A stretch of 64,000 nt of DNA from Lachnospiraceae bacterium (GTDB lineage Bacteria; Bacillota; Clostridia; Lachnospirales; Lachnospiraceae). Positions 60,205 through 64,000 of this stretch are shown in pieces. A model generated the notes under the pieces. That model had not been told where the DNA came from. It saw only the letters and a list, made by a program, of their open reading frames with translations, and did not search any database. The first letter of the stretch is position 1, and each line of letters starts with the position of its first letter. The translations under genes and the position numbers were made by a program. The stretch lies in the NCBI GenBank assembly GCA_015056905.1, contig SVFI01000002.1, forward strand, positions 68,758 to 132,757. The letters are read 5' to 3'.

Positions 60205-61278
60205 TCACTTTATATACAAAATATATTTTCCAACTTTCGGTATCTTCGCAAGTAACATCGCAATCAAGAGACTAATCAGCGTAAAAGCATCCCAAGCAAA
60301 ACACATTTGAATCGGGCGCCAAATATCCAGTCCTGTAATCCATGGAAGTATCACAGCTCGCACGACAATGTGAATAAGAAAGATAGCAAATGCATAACGG
60401 GACAGCGCTTCTGTAAACGGGTTGTACGCAATTCTCTCCCGGTCCCTTGCCGTCAGTTCAAAAAGACAAACCGCGCAGACCGGCACAAGCGGGCAATCAT
60501 ACCAAACTGCCATTGCCACACCTTTTCCGTAGGCATAAAACTGCAATGCAACCATTCCCGTAAAGGATATCACCAAAAGTATCCAAAGTACCCACCTCTT
60601 CAGTTTTGCGAAAAATCCTTTTTTGAGGAGATAACCGGCAATCAAATAAATCCCGTACATTCCCCCGCTGAATCCGAGCGAAAACTGATTTACAGGCGGA
60701 ACCTTCGCCAAAAGATTCGCAATCAATGTATACCCCGGAACTCCAAACGCGTATGCAAACAGTACGAGCATAGGAAATTTTAATATCTTAACATCCACCT
60801 TCCGCAATGCCATTGCCACAAAAGGAAGCAGCAGATAAAGTCCCAGAAGCATTGGCATATACCACATGTGATACATACTCGACGGTTCTAAAAAGAGCAT
60901 AGCCCGCACCAAATACCCAAACGGAATCGGCTGATTCTGATACGCGAGAAGAAACAGCTCATAGAACACAATCCAAATTTCAGTACATATCAAAAGACGG
61001 AGCCAATTATGTTTCCAAAAAGATACACACCCTTTGGAATCATACTCCCTATCCAAAAGCAAATATCCGGAAAGCATCAGAAAAAGAGGAACACCTCCCA
61101 CTCTTCCCAGCGTGTACATGGATATAACAAATATGCGGTGTACACCTCCAAGCGTCTGAACGGAAGCAGCATCAAACGAATAGACTCCCTCGACACAGTG
61201 ACACAGAACAACACAGAGAATCGCAAATGCCCTTAGTATATCCAGCCACGGCTGTCTTTTTTGCTTCGCATCTGACAT
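60205..61278 (-). CDS. Acyltransferase family 3 membrane O-acyl(acetyl)transferase
   Basis: The N-terminal block is RQPWLDILRAFAILCVVLCHC. 357 aa with about 10 helices. Confidence 0.85.
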   Translation of the reverse strand: MSDAKQKRQPWLDILRAFAILCVVLCHCVEGVYSFDAASVQTLGGVHRIFVISMYTLGRVGGVPLFLMLSGYLLLDREYDSKGCVSFWKHNWLRLLICTEIWIVFYELFLLAYQNQPIPFGYLVRAMLFLEPSSMYHMWYMPMLLGLYLLLPFVAMALRKVDVKILKFPMLVLFAYAFGVPGYTLIANLLAKVPPVNQFSLGFSGGMYGIYLIAGYLLKKGFFAKLKRWVLWILLVISFTGMVALQFYAYGKGVAMAVWYDCPLVPVCAVCLFELTARDRERIAYNPFTEALSRYAFAIFLIHIVVRAVILPWITGLDIWRPIQMCFAWDAFTLISLLIAMLLAKIPKVGKYILYIK

Positions 61279-61294
61279 AGCGACACTTCTCCCT

Positions 61295-62362
61295 TCATCG
61301 ACTGCTTAAGAAATCCTCAATCTGCGCCTTCATACATGTCGACACATTCTCCCCACGCAAATAACACAATGACCATTCTACAATCTTATCCATAGCAATC
61401 TCAACATTCCATCTCGGTTTCCAACCGAACGTCTCCTTCAGTTTTGAGCAGTCAAGTTTCAAAAAATTCGCCTCATGCGGTCCCCCGTCATACTTATCTT
61501 CCCACCGAATTTCATCCGACGCAGATGTATTCCACTTTTCACAAAACATCGTTACTACTTCTTCCGTCGTTCTGCAATCCGACTCATCCGGTCCGACATT
61601 GTAACTTCCCGAAAAGCTTTTATCTTCATACTGCTTTTGCGCAATCATGAGATATGCGACAACCGGTTCAAGTACATGTTGGTACGGACGAACAGAGCGG
61701 GGATTCCGCACAATAATATTCTGCCTTTTTTCGGCCGCGCGCAAACAATCCGGAACAATCCTATCCGTTGCAAAATCTCCGCCGCCGATAACATTACCTG
61801 CCCTCACCGTCGATATTGCGACATCCGACTCCCCAAAGAACGAATTTTTGTAGCTGCTTGTCACAAGCTCCGAGCAGGACTTGGAATTAGAATACGGATC
61901 ATATCCGTTCAGCTCTTCCTCTTCCCGATATCCCTGCTCCCGCTCTTTATTTAAATACACCTTATCTGTTGTCACATTTAAAAAAGATTTCACCGACTTA
62001 CTAAAGCGCACGCACTCCATAACATTTACGGTTCCCATGACATTTACATCATAAGTATATACGGGATTTTGATACGACTCACGCACAAGCGGCTGTGCTG
62101 CCATATGTATGACAATCTCCGGCTGCGTCTCCTCAAACACCCTTTTCAAATGCTCCAAATCACGCACATCACCTTCTATAGAACGCATACGCTCAGACAT
62201 ATGACACAATTCAAACAAACTCGGTTTTGTGGGTGGTTTTAACGCATACCCTGTCACTTCTGCCCCTGCATCCACAAGAAGTTCACACATCCACGTTCCC
62301 TTAAATCCCGTATGACCTGTAATTAAAACTTTCTTCCCGCTAAAAAAATCTCTGTCAAACAC
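61295..62362 (-). CDS. rfbG: CDP-glucose 4,6-dehydratase-like extended SDR
   Basis: Motifs are FFSGKKVLITGHTGFKGTWMCELL, YSNSKSCSE (YxxxK) and a C-terminal GWKPRW block. 355 aa. Confidence 0.75.
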   Translation of the reverse strand: MFDRDFFSGKKVLITGHTGFKGTWMCELLVDAGAEVTGYALKPPTKPSLFELCHMSERMRSIEGDVRDLEHLKRVFEETQPEIVIHMAAQPLVRESYQNPVYTYDVNVMGTVNVMECVRFSKSVKSFLNVTTDKVYLNKEREQGYREEEELNGYDPYSNSKSCSELVTSSYKNSFFGESDVAISTVRAGNVIGGGDFATDRIVPDCLRAAEKRQNIIVRNPRSVRPYQHVLEPVVAYLMIAQKQYEDKSFSGSYNVGPDESDCRTTEEVVTMFCEKWNTSASDEIRWEDKYDGGPHEANFLKLDCSKLKETFGWKPRWNVEIAMDKIVEWSLCYLRGENVSTCMKAQIEDFLSSR

Positions 62363-63557
62363 TTTTCTTCTCCTGTTTTTTTAATATCCGGCTTCCCCAC
62401 AGCGCGACAAGTATCACCTTTAACAGATTGACAGCCAGCAATGCGATTGCCATTCCCCAAAGTGTATATCTCATAACCAGCGGTATAGCAATGCACACAA
62501 ACAATCCCAAATAAATGACATTAATATATAGCTGATATTTTTCATCCGCATACCGGAGCAAAATTACTGTCAGTGTATTCGACAGGAAAAACAGCACCTG
62601 ACTTGCATTTCCCAACCAGAAATATGCTTTTGCCGCAGCAAACACATCCGGATACATTATGCCGACAAAAAGATACGATACCGGCACACACATTACACTC
62701 AGCACACATCCCGCCGTAATACTCCAAAAACATATCACACCATATCTCTTACCGGTCATCATCTTATTATTTTTTGCAAGATGACCAATCAACACACCAT
62801 TCAAAGGTGTCGTAACCAGAGAAAACATCTTTCCGATTAAAGTCGCAGCATAAAACACCGTAACCGCAGCTCCACCCGCATACACTTGCAGCAATAATCT
62901 GTCCGCATTCAAAACAAGCGCTACAACAAGCTCCGTTGCCGACATAATAACTATAGACCGCATGTTACTTGAAAAAAACGGTGTCTTTTCAAACAACGGG
63001 AATTTAAATATCGTTCCTTTCCAAATGACATACCCCACTGCCAGCAATTCTCCGATTAAAATCGTCAATTTCCATGACTTCGTATACGGAAACAAAAGCA
63101 TTCCCAAAAGATAACCAAGAGAAATCAAAATGTAAAAAATCAGATATCCCTTGTAGTTTACCTTCAATCGAAACTCTACGTCTGCGTAATAGCGTAGCAA
63201 TGTAAAAATCATAAGCAAATAAAACAGCAGAAATTCAATCCACGAAAATGTTTCAAACCAAAGCATCCCAACCGCAGAAACAGCAACAGAAACGAGACAT
63301 ATCATAAGGAGAAAAATATTATAATCCCCGTTTCCTCCTCCGTTTCTCGCCTTCGTAACAACCCTCGAATAATTCGCTGCCACACCGAATGTCGAACCAA
63401 CAATACTAACGAGAGATATCATAGCGAGCGCCGTACCGAAATCCTCCGCTCCCATCCGGGCAGTCAGATACGGATACAGCAAAAACTGAATCACTCCATT
63501 CATTGCCGCTATACCGGCTATACTATATATCAAATCTCCAACGTGTTTTTTGTTCAC
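62355..63557 (-). CDS. Polytopic membrane protein, Wzx-type (MOP superfamily) oligosaccharide flippase candidate
   Basis: 400 aa with about 12 helices and no soluble domain. It overlaps the rfbG-like start by 8 nt. The family call rests on topology and context. Confidence 0.55.
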   Translation of the reverse strand: MNKKHVGDLIYSIAGIAAMNGVIQFLLYPYLTARMGAEDFGTALAMISLVSIVGSTFGVAANYSRVVTKARNGGGNGDYNIFLLMICLVSVAVSAVGMLWFETFSWIEFLLFYLLMIFTLLRYYADVEFRLKVNYKGYLIFYILISLGYLLGMLLFPYTKSWKLTILIGELLAVGYVIWKGTIFKFPLFEKTPFFSSNMRSIVIMSATELVVALVLNADRLLLQVYAGGAAVTVFYAATLIGKMFSLVTTPLNGVLIGHLAKNNKMMTGKRYGVICFWSITAGCVLSVMCVPVSYLFVGIMYPDVFAAAKAYFWLGNASQVLFFLSNTLTVILLRYADEKYQLYINVIYLGLFVCIAIPLVMRYTLWGMAIALLAVNLLKVILVALWGSRILKKQEKKSV

Positions 63558-63566
63558 TGTTTACTC

Positions 63567-64000
63567 CTAATACTTGAGCTCTGTTATATTATGCTCCGGA
63601 ACCTGCTGCTCCTTTGGAGGCAACTTCATATAATCCCCATAGGTCGCCGTCAATATCTCATCATAACCTGCCGGACAGCCAAAAGATGCTCCATGCATCT
63701 TAAGTTCTACCGTCCCTGCAAACCATTCTTCCCGATAGCAAATGTCAACAAATGCCAAGGGATAATTAGACACCATACGACACTTCGACTTCGTCTTATC
63801 GTATTTTAGTGCTCTTTTTTCCTGCATACGCATAATCGTTTCAAGCTTCATGCGCTTTCCAACCGAAGAGAGAACACCAATCATCACACGATTCGCCGCC
63901 GAATAGCTGCTGTAGTCAATGGAATACCTATGTCCCATGGCCAAACCATAAATAGCTTTTGTCCAAAGCACTTGGCATATTTGTCCAAATTTCCCCTCCG
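63567..64000 (-). CDS. LicD-family phosphotransferase, 3' part (gene continues beyond the right edge)
   Basis: The C-terminal LicD block is GCPAGYDEILTATYGDYMKLPPKEQQ. The reading frame stays open from 63971 to 64000 (...EGKFGQICQVLWTKAIYG...), and the ORF-track 'M' at 63971 is a GTG. Confidence 0.7.
   Translation of the reverse strand, partial: EGKFGQICQVLWTKAIYGLAMGHRYSIDYSSYSAANRVMIGVLSSVGKRMKLETIMRMQEKRALKYDKTKSKCRMVSNYPLAFVDICYREEWFAGTVELKMHGASFGCPAGYDEILTATYGDYMKLPPKEQQVPEHNITELKY

Overview
This 64-kb window appears to come from a Gram-positive, Clostridia-like chromosome. The taxon is inferred only from protein families such as TagF, YfhO, CotH and GBS-Bsp-like repeats, plus AGGAGG-type RBSs. 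Nearly the whole window is one cell-envelope glycopolymer super-locus. I support about 50 protein genes. About 45 lie on the minus strand in four tightly packed, often stop/start-overlapping arrays. Three small plus-strand islands sit at 25894-26079, 40928-45689 and 55452-57149.

Contents:
- dTDP-rhamnose genes rfbA, rfbB and rfbC (no rfbD in the window) and a phosphoglucomutase.
- An ABC-transporter-dependent polymer module: Wzm, Wzt with a C-terminal carbohydrate-binding domain, a WbdD-like kinase/coiled-coil protein and a tandem-GT2 polymerase.
- A second TagGH-like ABC exporter with a TarI-like cytidylyltransferase and an SDR, plus a WbaP-type initiating transferase - GT2 - two TagB/TagF-family phosphotransferases.
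- Wzx/Wzy/O-antigen-ligase-like membrane proteins.
- Extracytoplasmic decoration machinery: GtrA, two DPM1/ArnC-like GT2s, YfhO, several GT-C-like polytopic proteins, two LicD, a pyruvyl transferase and an acyltransferase-3.
- Interleaved secreted hydrolases: GH25, a C1 cysteine protease, a domain-permuted GH3, a giant beta-helix protein and an amidase/glucosaminidase.

The most unusual content is a translationally coupled CotH kinase - VTC-like polyphosphate polymerase - DUF4956 membrane protein triad, embedded between a kinase/HAD/nucleotidyltransferase trio. Also notable are a GHMP-kinase::UDP-sugar-pyrophosphorylase fusion cassette and an operator-like repeat set in the rfbB control region.

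I saw no rRNA, tRNA, CRISPR array, transposase or integrase. All family assignments are motif- and memory-based because no searches could be run. Promoter and terminator calls were made by eye.
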